In this document: one piece after another, positions 52,000-62,569 of the stretch
Position numbering within the stretch: position 1 is the stretch's first letter
How the letters are laid out: the number at the start of each line of letters is the position of its first letter
Source: Podarcis muralis
Lineage: Eukaryota
Reading direction: 5' to 3'
NCBI RefSeq assembly: GCF_964188315.1
Contig: NC_135655.1
Coordinates: 81,654,001-81,718,000 of the forward strand
DNA: 64,000 nt
Translations under genes and position numbers: made by a program
Notes under the pieces: generated by a model
What the model saw: only the letters and a program-made list of their open reading frames with translations
The model's database searches: none
What the model was told of the DNA's origin: nothing

Positions 52000-52367
52000 G
52001 GGACGCGGGTGGCGCTGTGGGTTAAAGCCTCAGCGCCTAGGACTTGCCGATCGAAAGGTCGGCGGTTCGAATCCCCGCGGCGGGGTGCGCTCCCGTCGCT
52101 CGGTCCCAGCGCCTGCCAACCTAGCAGTTCGAAAGCACCCCCGGGTGCAAGTAGATAAATAGGGACCGCTTACTAGCGGGAAGGTAAACGGCGTTCCGTG
52201 TGCTGCGCTGGCTCGCCAGATGCAGCTTGTCACACTGGCCATGTGACCCGGAAGTGTCTGCGGACAGCGCTGGCCCCCGGCCTCTTGAGTGAGATGGGCG
52301 CACAACCCTAGAGTCTGTCAAGACTGGCCCGTACGGGCAGGGGTACCTTTACCTTTACATTTTACCT
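52000..52367 (+). mobile_element. Young full-length Sauria SINE in cytokine intron 3
   Basis: CpG-intact GGGACGCGGGTGGCGCTGTGG head. 13-bp TSD TACTTTTTCATTA (51987-51999, 52368-52380). Confidence 0.95.
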
Positions 52368-52480
52368 TACTTTTTCATTATATTATTTCAGTACTATGTT
52401 CAGTTCTCCACATTTCCACATTAATTTGAAATTTCTTTTAAAACAACTTTGCCTAATATACTTTTTTTTGCAAAGCAGTA

Positions 52481-52722
52481 CAGTGGTACCTCAGGTTACA
52501 TATGCTTCAGGTTACATACGCTTCAGGTTACAGACTCCGCTAACCCAGAAATAGTACCTTGGGTTAAGAACTTTGCTTCAGGATGAGAACAGAAATCGTG
52601 CTCCGGCGGCACGGCAGCAGCAGGAGGCCCCATTAGCTAAAGTGGTTATTCAGGTTAAGAACAGTTTCAGGTTAAGAACGGACCTCCGGAACGAATTAAG
52701 TACTTAACCTGAGGTACCACTG
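52481..52722. mobile_element. Tc1/mariner-type MITE
   Basis: TA-CAGTGGTACCTC...GAGGTACCACTG-TA. Same family as 7128-7342. Confidence 0.9.
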
Positions 52723-52729
52723 TATATAT

Positions 52730-53116
52730 TTCAAAGCAGATGGAGAAAGTTTTCCTCCCTCTCTCATAGCACTAGAATGCACTGACATCCAAATAAGTTG
52801 AATGTTGGAAGATTTAGGACAGATAAAAGAAAGTAATTCTTCATACAGCATATAGTTAAATTTTGGAACTTCCTCACCCGGGAGGCATTGATGGCCCCCC
52901 AATCTGGATGGTTTTAAGAGAGGATAAGGCAGATTCATGGAGGTTAAGGCTATCAATGGCTACTAACTATGATGGCTCTGCTCTGCCTCCTCAGTTGGAG
53001 GTAGCGATGCTTCTGAATACCAGGGGAAATGCTCTTGCGCTCAGAGCCTGCTTGTACGTTTCCCACGGGCATCTAGTTGGCCACTGTGAGAGCAGGATGC
53101 TGGACTAGATGGGCTC
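52730..53116 (+). mobile_element. CR1 3' fragment (second subfamily, longer 3'UTR)
   Basis: GRFRTDKRK.FFIQHIVKFWN-type RT end followed by a GGCCACTGTGAGAGCAGGATGCTGGACTAG tail. Confidence 0.75.
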
Positions 53117-53232
53117 AGGACAAAGTCTAGGGATGCCAGTTTCAACAGGAGGTAGGAATTTGGTAGTTTCATAGAAAAGAGTATCTGAATGGGTGTTGCA
53201 TGTTTTGTCCTGTTGTGGAGGCAAAAAACATA

Positions 53233-53482
53233 CAGTCGTACCTTGGATCCCGAACTCCTTGGTACTCAGACGTTTTGGCTCCTGAACACTGCAAACCCAG
53301 AAGTGACTGTTCTGGTTTGCGAATGTTCTTTGGAACCCAAATGTCTGATGGGGCTTCCATGGCTTCTGATTGGTTGCAGGAGCTCCCTGCAGCCAATCAA
53401 AAGCGGTGCTTTGGTTTCCGAACATTTTGGAAGTCGAACGGACTTCCGGAACAGATTGTCTTCAACCTCCAGGGTACGACTC
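53233..53482. mobile_element. Tc1/mariner-type MITE (different family)
   Basis: TA-CAGTCGTACC...GGTACGACT ends with an internal inverted repeat TGATTGGTTGCAGG/CCTGCAGCCAATCA. Confidence 0.75.
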
Positions 53483-53667
53483 TGCTTTCCAAAACTCTGT
53501 CTTCTACGCCTCTGTTAACAGCCCGGTACCTCAGCCCTGTCCTGAATCTGAGAGTTCTAACAAACCATGAACACGGCACTTAACATTTCCAAAATGCAAT
53601 CTGGGTTTTACACATAGCTGCTTAAATAGACTACTCAGTAAAGGTGCCCATCTTTCTTGTGTGACAG

Positions 53668-53829
53668 GGCACCATTGACACGAGACTGTGCCAGTACACA
53701 AAGTGCTTCCAGCATTATGCAGGCATCATCAGACCAATTGGCGGCAGACTGAGACCCAACATCCACAGGCAAACTGAATATTGCCAGAAGTACCTCAACC
53801 AGCTGGAAAACACTGTCAAGAAAATGAAG
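53668..53829 (+). CDS. Candidate cytokine exon 4: helices B and C
   Basis: catctttcttgtgtgacag|GTIDTRLCQYTKCFQHYAGIIRPIGGRLRPNIHRQTEYCQKYLNQLENTVKKMK|gtaaaa, 162 nt, phase 0-0. Not shown in the ORF track. Confidence 0.85.
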
Positions 53830-54363
53830 GTAAAAGAGCCGCTCCTTCGGGGCTTGCTTGTAAAACAAGCATTCCACAGTTGTTATATGATGCTCTCAGG
53901 ATAACAACCTGTAGCTGCATTAAACATCCCATTCCAGGGTGTTTCTTCCACAGATAGATGCGGAGGATCAAGAGTTGGGCAGGCTTCCCTGGGAATGCCA
54001 CCCTGTTGTATTGCAACTTCCCCCCCCCCCTTTTCCTGGCAAACGTGACAGGAATATCTTTCCCCAGCAAGAATACAAAGAAATGGAGGAAATGCCTACT
54101 GAATTTCTGCCTTTTAGCTGTTAATTGGACTAGAGTTCTGCCTGAAAAGTGATGGACACCCCCATTTGCCCATTACCATCATACTGAAAAGAGAAACCTA
54201 CTTTTAGGTCCTAACTGATCCTTTAAACTTGTAAATGTTAATGGAAATCTTCAATATTCAGATTTTTGATTTTTTTTAAAAAAAGAATCATGTGGGAAGA
54301 ATATCAAATAGATTTCCTAGTTTATGAGACCATTAATCTGATTGCGAGACCCAACAGTCCCAT

Positions 54364-54750
54364 GTTGTTGTTATTTAGTCATTTAGTCGTGTCCGACTCT
54401 TCGTGACACCATGGACCAGAGCACGCCAGGCACTCCTGTCTTCCACTGCCTCCCGCAGTTTGGTCAAACTTCATGCTGGTAGCTTCGAGAACACTGTCCA
54501 ACCATCTCGTCCTCTGTCGTCCCCTTCTCCTTGTGCCCTCCATCTTTCCCAACATCAGGGTCTTTTCCAGGGAGTCTTCTCTTCTCATGAGGTGGCCAAA
54601 GTATTGGAGCCTCAGCTTCAGGATCTGTCCTTCCAGTGACCACTCAGGGCTGATTTCCTTCAGAATGGATCAGTTTGATCTTCTTGCAGTCCATGGGACT
54701 CTCAAGAGTCTCCTCCAGCACCATAATTCAAAAGCATCAATTCTTCAGTG
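54364..54750 (-). mobile_element. Bov-B (RTE) LINE 3' fragment in cytokine intron 4
   Basis: ORF MRREDSLEKTLMLGKMEGTRRRGRQRTRWLD. (CAA)n tail. 11-bp TSD AACAGTCCCAT. Confidence 0.92.
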
Positions 54751-55055
54751 AACAGTCCCATATGTGGAGCATAGGTGCCAACTCCTAGCGGCCGAGGTCC
54801 CTTCGCTCCCCCCAATAAAATATTTGAGGGGTTTCTCCCAAAAAGTTAATGAACATTACCATTCAAATGGCGCACCGTGTCTTGTGATCGATTATGCTGG
54901 GTGGGGCTTACATGGACCCCCCATTTATTTAAGCTGGCATTCCTTATGTTTAATGCTCTCCTACGTCAGTTGCATGTGCCATTGCATGAACATGCTGCAT
55001 TTGTATGGTTGTGCTTTGACATTTGACTCAGGTTATTCGTGCCTTTTATTTCCAG

Positions 55056-55199
55056 CTGCTGCCCGCAGCCCCATGTTCTGCTGATTCCTGCAGAATCTCC
55101 TGGACTTTCACTGATCAATGGGACGAGCTCACTAAAGGAACCCGCCTCGCCCAGGAGCTGCTGGAGTATTTGGAGCACCTCAAATTTTCCTGCAGCTGA
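55056..55199 (+). CDS. Candidate cytokine exon 5: CD loop plus helix D and stop
   Basis: gtgccttttatttccag|LLPAAPCSADSCRISWTFTDQWDELTKGTRLAQELLEYLEHLKFSCS*, 144 nt, with GC3-rich codons. Confidence 0.8.
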   Translation: MLPAAPCSADSCRISWTFTDQWDELTKGTRLAQELLEYLEHLKFSCS

Positions 55200-56616
55200 G
55201 ATGACAAGTGCACATTCATGTGCCTACTCCGAACCATGGACTGAGTAGGTACATCACGATTGCCTCAGCCTCCATATGTGTGATTTGACCTTCGTTCAGA
55301 AGGTGGGATGTAGAGATGCCGTGAGGCTCTTCGCAAGAAGAGGGACAGTGCCTATGTGTGTGTGCAGGAGGCGTTCTATGTACAAGCACTACTCTATACA
55401 AAACTGGGTCTCAAAGTGCGTGTCTGTGTACGGGAGGCAGCGGTGCAGTCATGCATCTTGAAGTGCAGAAACTCATCATTGCAGCCCCAAAATCTATAGC
55501 CTGCAAGGGTCACATACGCACATGCCCAAAGATCATCAGTACCCAACAGTAGTTTAGTGGTACCTTCTGAAGCACAGTCAGTCTTCATGGTCACTCCCTA
55601 TAGAACTCCCTAAAGAACAAACATGAATTTTTGACCAGATGTTAAAGCTTCAATACAAAGCCAGCTTTTTCCTCATTCCCCCCTCCTCCTGTTTCATTGT
55701 GGAATCAAACACTGGCTCACAATTTTGTGACATTTTGATTGGCGATAGCAAAACGACTCTGGAAATATATTTTTCTAGGTTGCAGTTAAAGCCTTAGCCA
55801 TGCATATTCGTCTTGCAATCCACCTCTTCCTTTGCTTATTTGGTGGGTTTCTCCTTGAGAAAAACTTATTTATTTGGAATGTGGAGGACTGGCAAATAGC
55901 ACCCCAGGAGATATCATCATCTCTGCTGCGGTGCCTGTTTTCCTAAGCATTTTCAGAGGGTTCACTGTTGGTCATTTGTTGTTAATATTCTTAGCTTACA
56001 ATTTAATGATGCTTTAATGATTTGATTGTATACTACTATGATTTTTTTAATGAGCTGGTGGCATATAATTATATTGCACACCACTATTATAGATATATAT
56101 ATGTATATTTATGAGTTATAGTTATTTTTATAAATAAAATAAAGTAGAATTTCTTAGTCATAAAGCTGAGATGTTAAATGTTAAAAGCGGTGGATTTCAA
56201 GCAATGGATTTGAAGTAACCGATTTCAAGCCACAGATTTGCTTAACAGATTTCATGTAATGATCTTCAGCCACCAACTTCTACTGCCAATAGACAATGAG
56301 CACGTTATACGTTTGGTATGTGTCAACAAATGATTGGTTAATTAAGACCACAGTATGCTGCAATTGGCTATGTTACCCTCATGAATCCGGTGCATGGCCC
56401 TATTGGCTACTAACTGGTTAACCTATTTATGTATGATGAAAATAAATTAATAATAATATTAATAATGTATTATATTTTTATTGTAATATCTTGTATAATA
56501 TGAAGTTGAACATTGTGTAATATCAGTGTTTTTTTTTAAATAAATAAATAAATCAACTGAAGTATGTTTAAAGAGATATACAGTTGTGATGTCGGAGTCT
56601 GAAATTTTTTAATAAA
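55200..56616 (+). promoter_or_regulatory. AU-rich 3'UTR with AREs and poly(A) signals of the candidate cytokine
   Basis: TTATTTATT at 55866-55874. ATTTA at 56001, 56107 and 56425. AATAAA at 56133, 56441, 56539-56552 and 56611. Confidence 0.65.
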
Positions 56617-56750
56617 CTCAGATGCTTTTCTATGGGTCTGACTCCAGGAATATACAAGGAACACTTTTTCCATTAGAAAATGATATGTGCTCCCTTCATT
56701 CTGGGGTCATTTGTCCACCTTTGGTCTCCACCCTGCACTCAGCTCTCACC

Positions 56751-57365
56751 TGTGGCTCCTAGAAGCTGTCACCATGTGACACTGTCCACACACTGGGAAT
56801 GCCTTTGACTGGCCGGCTAAACCAGATGAAGGTAGTTGATGGGTTTCAAACCCTTGGTGAGTTAGGGACTTCCCCTGCCTGCAAAGAAAACTCCAGGCAG
56901 ATTGAGCGGATGAGACCAACAGCAGGTTCAACAGTCAAGAAGGCAGGTTTTTTGAAGTGAGGGTCAGGTCAGGTCAGGTAGCCAGCCCATCTAGGAGAAG
57001 GAAAACTCTGGTCCTCAACCTCAGCTGCCTTGTGGGATATCTCCAGGAGAAGAAAAGGCTAAGGAGTAAAGCCTACACAAATCAGGGGCAGAGTCCCTAA
57101 GATGGTTGGATGGTGCCTTGTACACTTCTTTCCAGCAACTCCTGCAGCCAAACTGGTGCCAAACGTATTGCTCTGCTTTCCTTTGGATCACATCAGTAAG
57201 GCCAAGGGGGCGGGGCTTGTTGTCTGGGCAGCCAAGGCCCCCCATATACACTGCCCAGGTTTGCTCTTTGTGGAGGTCACTTTGGTGCTGCTAACACTGC
57301 AGTTTGACTTCGCCATTGGAGGCGCACTCCATTTTCTCTTGAGATAGACAGATGCCAACGACAAC
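56751..57365 (+). mobile_element. Unclassified non-autonomous retroelement, probably RTE-related
   Basis: Non-coding CpG-decayed body with GGAGAAGGAAAACTCTG and an RTE-like 3' end GCGCACTCCATT...GAGATAGACAGATGCCAAC. Family is recalled, not verified. Confidence 0.4.
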
Positions 57366-57535
57366 TCATCTAGTTCTGAGAGGAATTGGGGGGATGCGGG
57401 AAGCTTTCTAAATTAGCATCATTAACAAGGGATGGCCTAGGAAAGATAGGCTGAAGAAGCCTCTCTGCATTTTCACAACCCTTTCTAGAGCAAGTGGCTC
57501 ACTAGTCATGCTCTCCACTCCAGGAGTCCTCATCA

Positions 57536-58152
57536 TAGAATCATAGAATCATAGAGTTGGAAGAGACCACAAGGGCCATCGAGTCCAACCCCCTGCCAAG
57601 CAGGAAACACCATCAGAGCACTCCTGACATATGGTTGTCAAGCCTCTGCTTAAAGACCTCCAAAGAAGGAGACTCCACCACACTCCTTGAAAGCAAATTC
57701 CACTGTCGAACAGCTCTTACTGTCAGGAAGTTCTTCCTAATGTTTAGGTGGAATCTTCTTTCTTGTAGTTTGGATCCATTGCTCTGTGTCCGCTTCTCTG
57801 GAGCAGCAGAAAACAACCTTTCTCCCTCCTCTGTATGACATCCTTTTATATATTTGAACATCGCTATCATATCACCCCTTAACCTCCTCTTCTCCAGGCT
57901 AAACATGCCCAGCTCCCTTAGCCGTTCCTCATAAGGCATCGTTTCCAGGCCTTTGACCATTTTGGTTGCCCTCCTCTGGACATGTTCCAGTTTGTCAGTG
58001 TCCTTCTTGAACTGTGGTGCCCAGAACTGGACACAGTACTCCAGGTGAGGTCTGACCAGAGCAGAATACAATGACACTATTACTTCCCTTGATCTAGATG
58101 CTATACTCCTATTGATGCAGCCCAGAATTGCATTGGCTTTTTTAGCTGCCGC
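57536..58152 (-). mobile_element. Young CR1 LINE 3' fragment
   Basis: [47 protein letters not shown].... TSD-like CCTCATCA at 57528 and 58155. Confidence 0.95.
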
Positions 58153-58700
58153 GACCTCATCAGAGGAGGAAATAACACTCATGGAAGGGAACTATATGGA
58201 GCAAGAGGTGGAGTTAGGTAGCAGCAAGGCCAAACCACGCCAGTCAAGCCTTACAGCATTCCAGCTGCCACCATATCTGATAGACTGATAGCTGAGCCAC
58301 TTCCAAGCCTGAAGGACCACAGGCACATGAGGGTACAAGACCTGGCAGTTCTCTTGACCTTAGACTGTGGACCTTGGACCTTAGTCTCTGGTCCATCCCG
58401 TAAGTTTGCTCTGACTCCTGACATCCTTGTCTCCTGAAGCAAGGAAAAGCGTAAGGGGCTCCCCCCCCCATTTTTGGCTCTGGGTTGTCCTTTTTTGCCC
58501 CAACTCTGCCTATTATGGGCATGCAGGCCATGACACAATCCGCTGAGGGCATGTAGCTAGTGGCGGTAGGTTCCCTTCCTTGGTCTGGAGAATCATTTAA
58601 TTGGCTGAGCCTCCACTTGCAGCCTAAAGCAACACAACACAGGCACACTTCTGCCTCAGACATGGCAGTAACACAGTCCCGTGAGCCAATTTAGTTTCGC

Positions 58701-58706
58701 TTTATT
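58701..58706 (-). terminator. SERPING1: SERPING1 polyadenylation signal
   Basis: AATAAA on the minus strand about 410 nt after the stop, followed by a GU-rich tract (GTGTGCCTGTGTTGTGTTG). Confidence 0.65.
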
Positions 58707-59116
58707 CCTTATGAAGGTGAAATGGAAGAGGCTGAATGGTTTGTTGCAGTGGTTACATGGGGAAAAGGAGGAGAAGGAGAAGGAGAACCTCTTGACAGAG
58801 GTGACCTCTTTTCCAGCCTGCTACATAAATGGGAACAGGTGGATTGTTCAGTGATGCAAAGGAAGGACAAAAACAAAACAAAACAAAACAAAAATCACAG
58901 AAAAATGACAAGGGGGAGGGAAACCAGCTTTTTTTTTAAAAAAAGGCATAGGAATGGGAGGGTAAAATTATAACGCAAAAGAATAAAATGGGAGGAAATA
59001 CCAAAGGAACATGTTACAGCCACTTGCACAAGGCTTCATGTGTAAACAGTGAAGGCTGAACTAGGGGCAATACTGTGGGTGTCTGGCAGAAGCTGACAGG
59101 AGCAAGGAGGAGAACG

Positions 59117-59367
59117 TTATGCTGCCTGTGGGTTGTTGATGCGCCCCATGAAGACTGGGAACCCATTATCCCTCATCACTGCAACAAGGAAGGGCTGAGA
59201 CACTTCAAAGATATTGGCTGTGCGTGCCAGGGAGACAACTGTGGCAGCCGCTGCTTCCACTCCTTCCTCGCTGATTTCCAGCACAGCCCTGTGGTGAGCA
59301 CTGGACACGGCCAATTCTTTATCCGTGGAGATCTCACACAGATCGGCATCATAGAAAAAGCCAAAAT
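59117..59367 (-). CDS. SERPING1: SERPING1 (C1 inhibitor) last exon with reactive-centre loop
   Basis: tctctttcag|(D)FGFFYDADLC...EEGVEAAAATVVSLAR-TANIFEVSQPFLV...FPVFMGRINNPQAA*. Serpin hinge and P1-P1' Arg-Thr as in C1-INH. Confidence 0.95.
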
Positions 59368-60519
59368 CTGAAAGAGAAGGTTGGATTAAATGCATAAGGA
59401 TAATATCGGATGAAACCTAAACTCTCTTCTCCTTTGGCTGGAAATAGGTTTCAAAGCAGAGCTATGGGGGAAGAGAACCCTGTACATGCCTGCAAACATT
59501 GTAGTACTTCCAAGGCAATTTCCCCCCCACAATTAGCTAGAGGTAGAATTAAAATGGAGGTGTCACATAGCATTCAATAGTGTTATATTAACCAGCAGTG
59601 CCCTTCCCCAAGGAAAAGATCTTCTTATAATGTTGACTTAGAAGTATTTCCCAGTCAGCAAAAGTCCCCAGCAACATTAATTAAAAGCTTCCCTTTTGCA
59701 GGTTTAGCCCAATTTATTTCTTCTTGTTTTAGCATGGGTAGGGAATTGGTGATGCATGTCTCCTGAATTAGCCAGATTCTGTTTGTGTGTGTTTGTTTGT
59801 GTGTGTGTGCGCGCACGTGAGAGAGAATTGGTTTCCTTCAGTTATTACTTTCTCCTCTTATTTCTTTATTAGCACCACATCACTATTTCACACACACAAA
59901 CACAGAACACCCCAAGAGGAAATGACGTTGGCTAATCTAGAAGCAGACACAAGAATCTTTAAAAGGCATCGTGCTTTGCTTAGTCACACCGGATAGGTTG
60001 GCACGGCAATTCTTTTACAGCAAATAAATGGTAGTAAATCAGGCCTGTGGGGAGAAGAAAGGACAGAAGGACAATACTGTTAATACTGGAATACATTGAG
60101 GTTGGTGGCTTCCAGCTGAGGCATTTATTGTGCAATAACTATGCCCTGTGAACTCATGTTTAATGGAGGTGACATGGTTATTGTCCTGTAAACCACCACC
60201 CATGTTTTCCCAGTGCTGCTTCCATCTGTTTTTCTTATCCCAAGAAATCTAGTTTGGGGAGAAGGAGTGGAGTAGAAGCACTATCTCTCTGCAGTTGAGG
60301 ACACTTAAAGCCATGCAGCCAGTCCTGCTCTGTGAACAATGCTGTGAAATTGGCTTCTTCATGGGCTTGAGTGAATTAAATATACTGGTGACAGGGTGGT
60401 GGAGTGTGGGGGTTAGCGTTTCTTTCTATCACTGACACAACCTATCCTTCATGCTGAAAAGGAGCAATGCTTCTTTGCCTTTAGCTCATTTCTCCTCTCT
60501 CCCGCTTTATTTTTCTTAC

Positions 60520-60739
60520 CCATCTCCCCAATTATGTTCATGAGGTTCTGGGAAGTGTCCGCCTTGAATCTGGGTAGGTAGACCACGGTAGGCTTGAAAT
60601 GGGTGCTCTCCAGCTTGGCCATCACTGACTTGAAGACAACTGCACTGAGGCGCTCCTCCACCTCGGTGAGATTTTGAGTTATGGAGCTGGGCATGATGAT
60701 GACCAGGCTCATGTTGTTAGACAGCTGCAGTCGGCCAAC
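60520..60739 (-). CDS. SERPING1: SERPING1 penultimate exon
   Basis: ttgctag|VGRLQLSNNMSLVIIMP...LPRFKADTSQNLMNIIGEM(D)|gtaag, 220 nt, matching human exon 7 in content and size as recalled. Confidence 0.93.
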
Positions 60740-61139
60740 CTAGCAAATTAAACACCATCAGTCTCCTGCCTTTCTCCCATGTTCTCATGCACCCTGCTAT
60801 AGAGGAGCACCCCATTTTTCCAATGCTGTATTGGTCGAAACACAAGATTCCCCACACTGTTAAAATGAGATCTCTTTGAAACTATATCTACGTACTGTAA
60901 GTATCTGGTATGGTCCAGTGCTTTTTACAATCTAAAAAACCCCACACAAAACCAGATGCAGCTTCTGAACTCGTCTCACAATGAACAACTCACTGGCCAA
61001 CCAGCGCCACTTGTTGAGAAGGGTGTGAGACCCTTTTACAAAAATGGCTGAAGTTAACAGCCAGATGCTCTGACCCATTGCACCACCTGGAGAGTAAGCC
61101 ATCTGTGTGGTTTCCATATACATATGTATATGGTATATA

Positions 61140-61197
61140 GTTGTTGTTGTTGTTTAGTCATTAAGTCATGTCCGGCTCTTCGTGACCCCATGGACCC
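61140..61197 (-). mobile_element. Short Bov-B/RTE 3' tail
   Basis: GTTGTTGTTGTTGTTTAGTCATTAAGTCATGTCCGGCTCTTCGTGACCCCATGGACC, same as the end of the 54364 element. Confidence 0.8.
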
Positions 61198-62569
61198 AAG
61201 ATCCAGGTTTGGGGCAACTCCCCCACAGATATTTAAAATCACAAAATATGAAGCAAAATAAAGCATGGGAATATAGGTTGCTGGACCTTTAAAATATGCC
61301 CCTCCAAATGAGTTCCAAAATGTACTCTTAAAAGTTTCTTCCCAAAGTTCCCCTTTTCCCCCAGCAGAGGAAAAGACCACGTTTGGCAAGGTAAGAAAAA
61401 TTCTTTACTTACAAACTCTCCAAAGGTCAGATTCATGAGCTTCAGAAAAGTCACACAGGCAGTAAAGCTTAGCTTAGTTACAAAGTGGTGAAAGTTCCTA
61501 AATTATTGGTATAGAAACTCGAGAGTGGCTTGGCTGGTGAGAGCCATGCAACTAAGCTGGAGCAACCAGCTCAAACCTCTTCACATGTAGCAGAGACAAT
61601 AGACTTGCTTACCTATTTCCTCCCAAGGCAAGGGGAAATGACCTAGAAGAAACCTGGTAGGACTGCTTCCCTTCATGCATTGACTTAAGCATGTTGCTTA
61701 TATTAGACTGGCTATCCCACACTTAGGTTTTATACAAACCAGAATTAGGGAGAAACTGTGACTTATATTCATACCAATATGGTATAGCTCTAATTTGCTG
61801 CTTTCCATTTTTCTTCCTCCTCCCCCCTCTCCCTTTTATATTTGGAAAAGAAGAAAGGGTTTTGTGTGGGCTCAACGGAGTAAAGTTAGCACACACACAA
61901 AAATCATAAAACGGTTATTTATATAAGGAACACCAAGCCTGTTTGGTGTTCATTCTCCTGTTGGATATGGGGTACATGTTTTGTGTTGTGGTGGCTTTTT
62001 GGATGACTGCAATATGTTTGTTCTGTATTGTTTTAATTGTTATTTGATTCAACTGTATTTTTGTGTTTTATTTTCTGTTCTACAAATTGCGATGGGACTT
62101 CCACCAGCTGCGAGAAGCAATTGACAAACGAAACTAGCCTAAGTCTTTACCGATGTGACCCAATTCAACAGCAGGAGCAACTGTTCAAGGAGAAACCCAA
62201 GACAGGCACAAGATAGCCAAGCTGGTGGGACCACCAAAGAACAGGAATGCCTTAAGAGCTGAGGGTATAAGAGCATCCCTGCACTGCAAGTTTCAACAAG
62301 TGTGAAACCAGTTTAAGAAACATGAAAACTGTAGTTTTGCTAGGAACGAAGGCAATTTTTACCACCTTAGAACTGCAGTTCCCAAGGTTCTTGGATGGGA
62401 GTCCTAAACAAGCTGATGCTAGTTTTTGCTTCTATAGGTATGTTCATTGAATTAATAATTAATTTTTTAATATATTGCTTTGTTTGTTGCAAGCCATCCT
62501 TACTAGAGTGTCTGAACCAGGTCTTAGAAATTGAAAATGTAAGCCTCTCCCAATCCTCATAGGCATTAC

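Noticed and set aside
56751-56860. Possible HDV-like ribozyme at the 5' end of the RTE-related element
   Set aside because: A P3/L3-like hairpin (GTC-ACCATGT-GAC) exists, but P1, P1.1 and P2 could not be completed.
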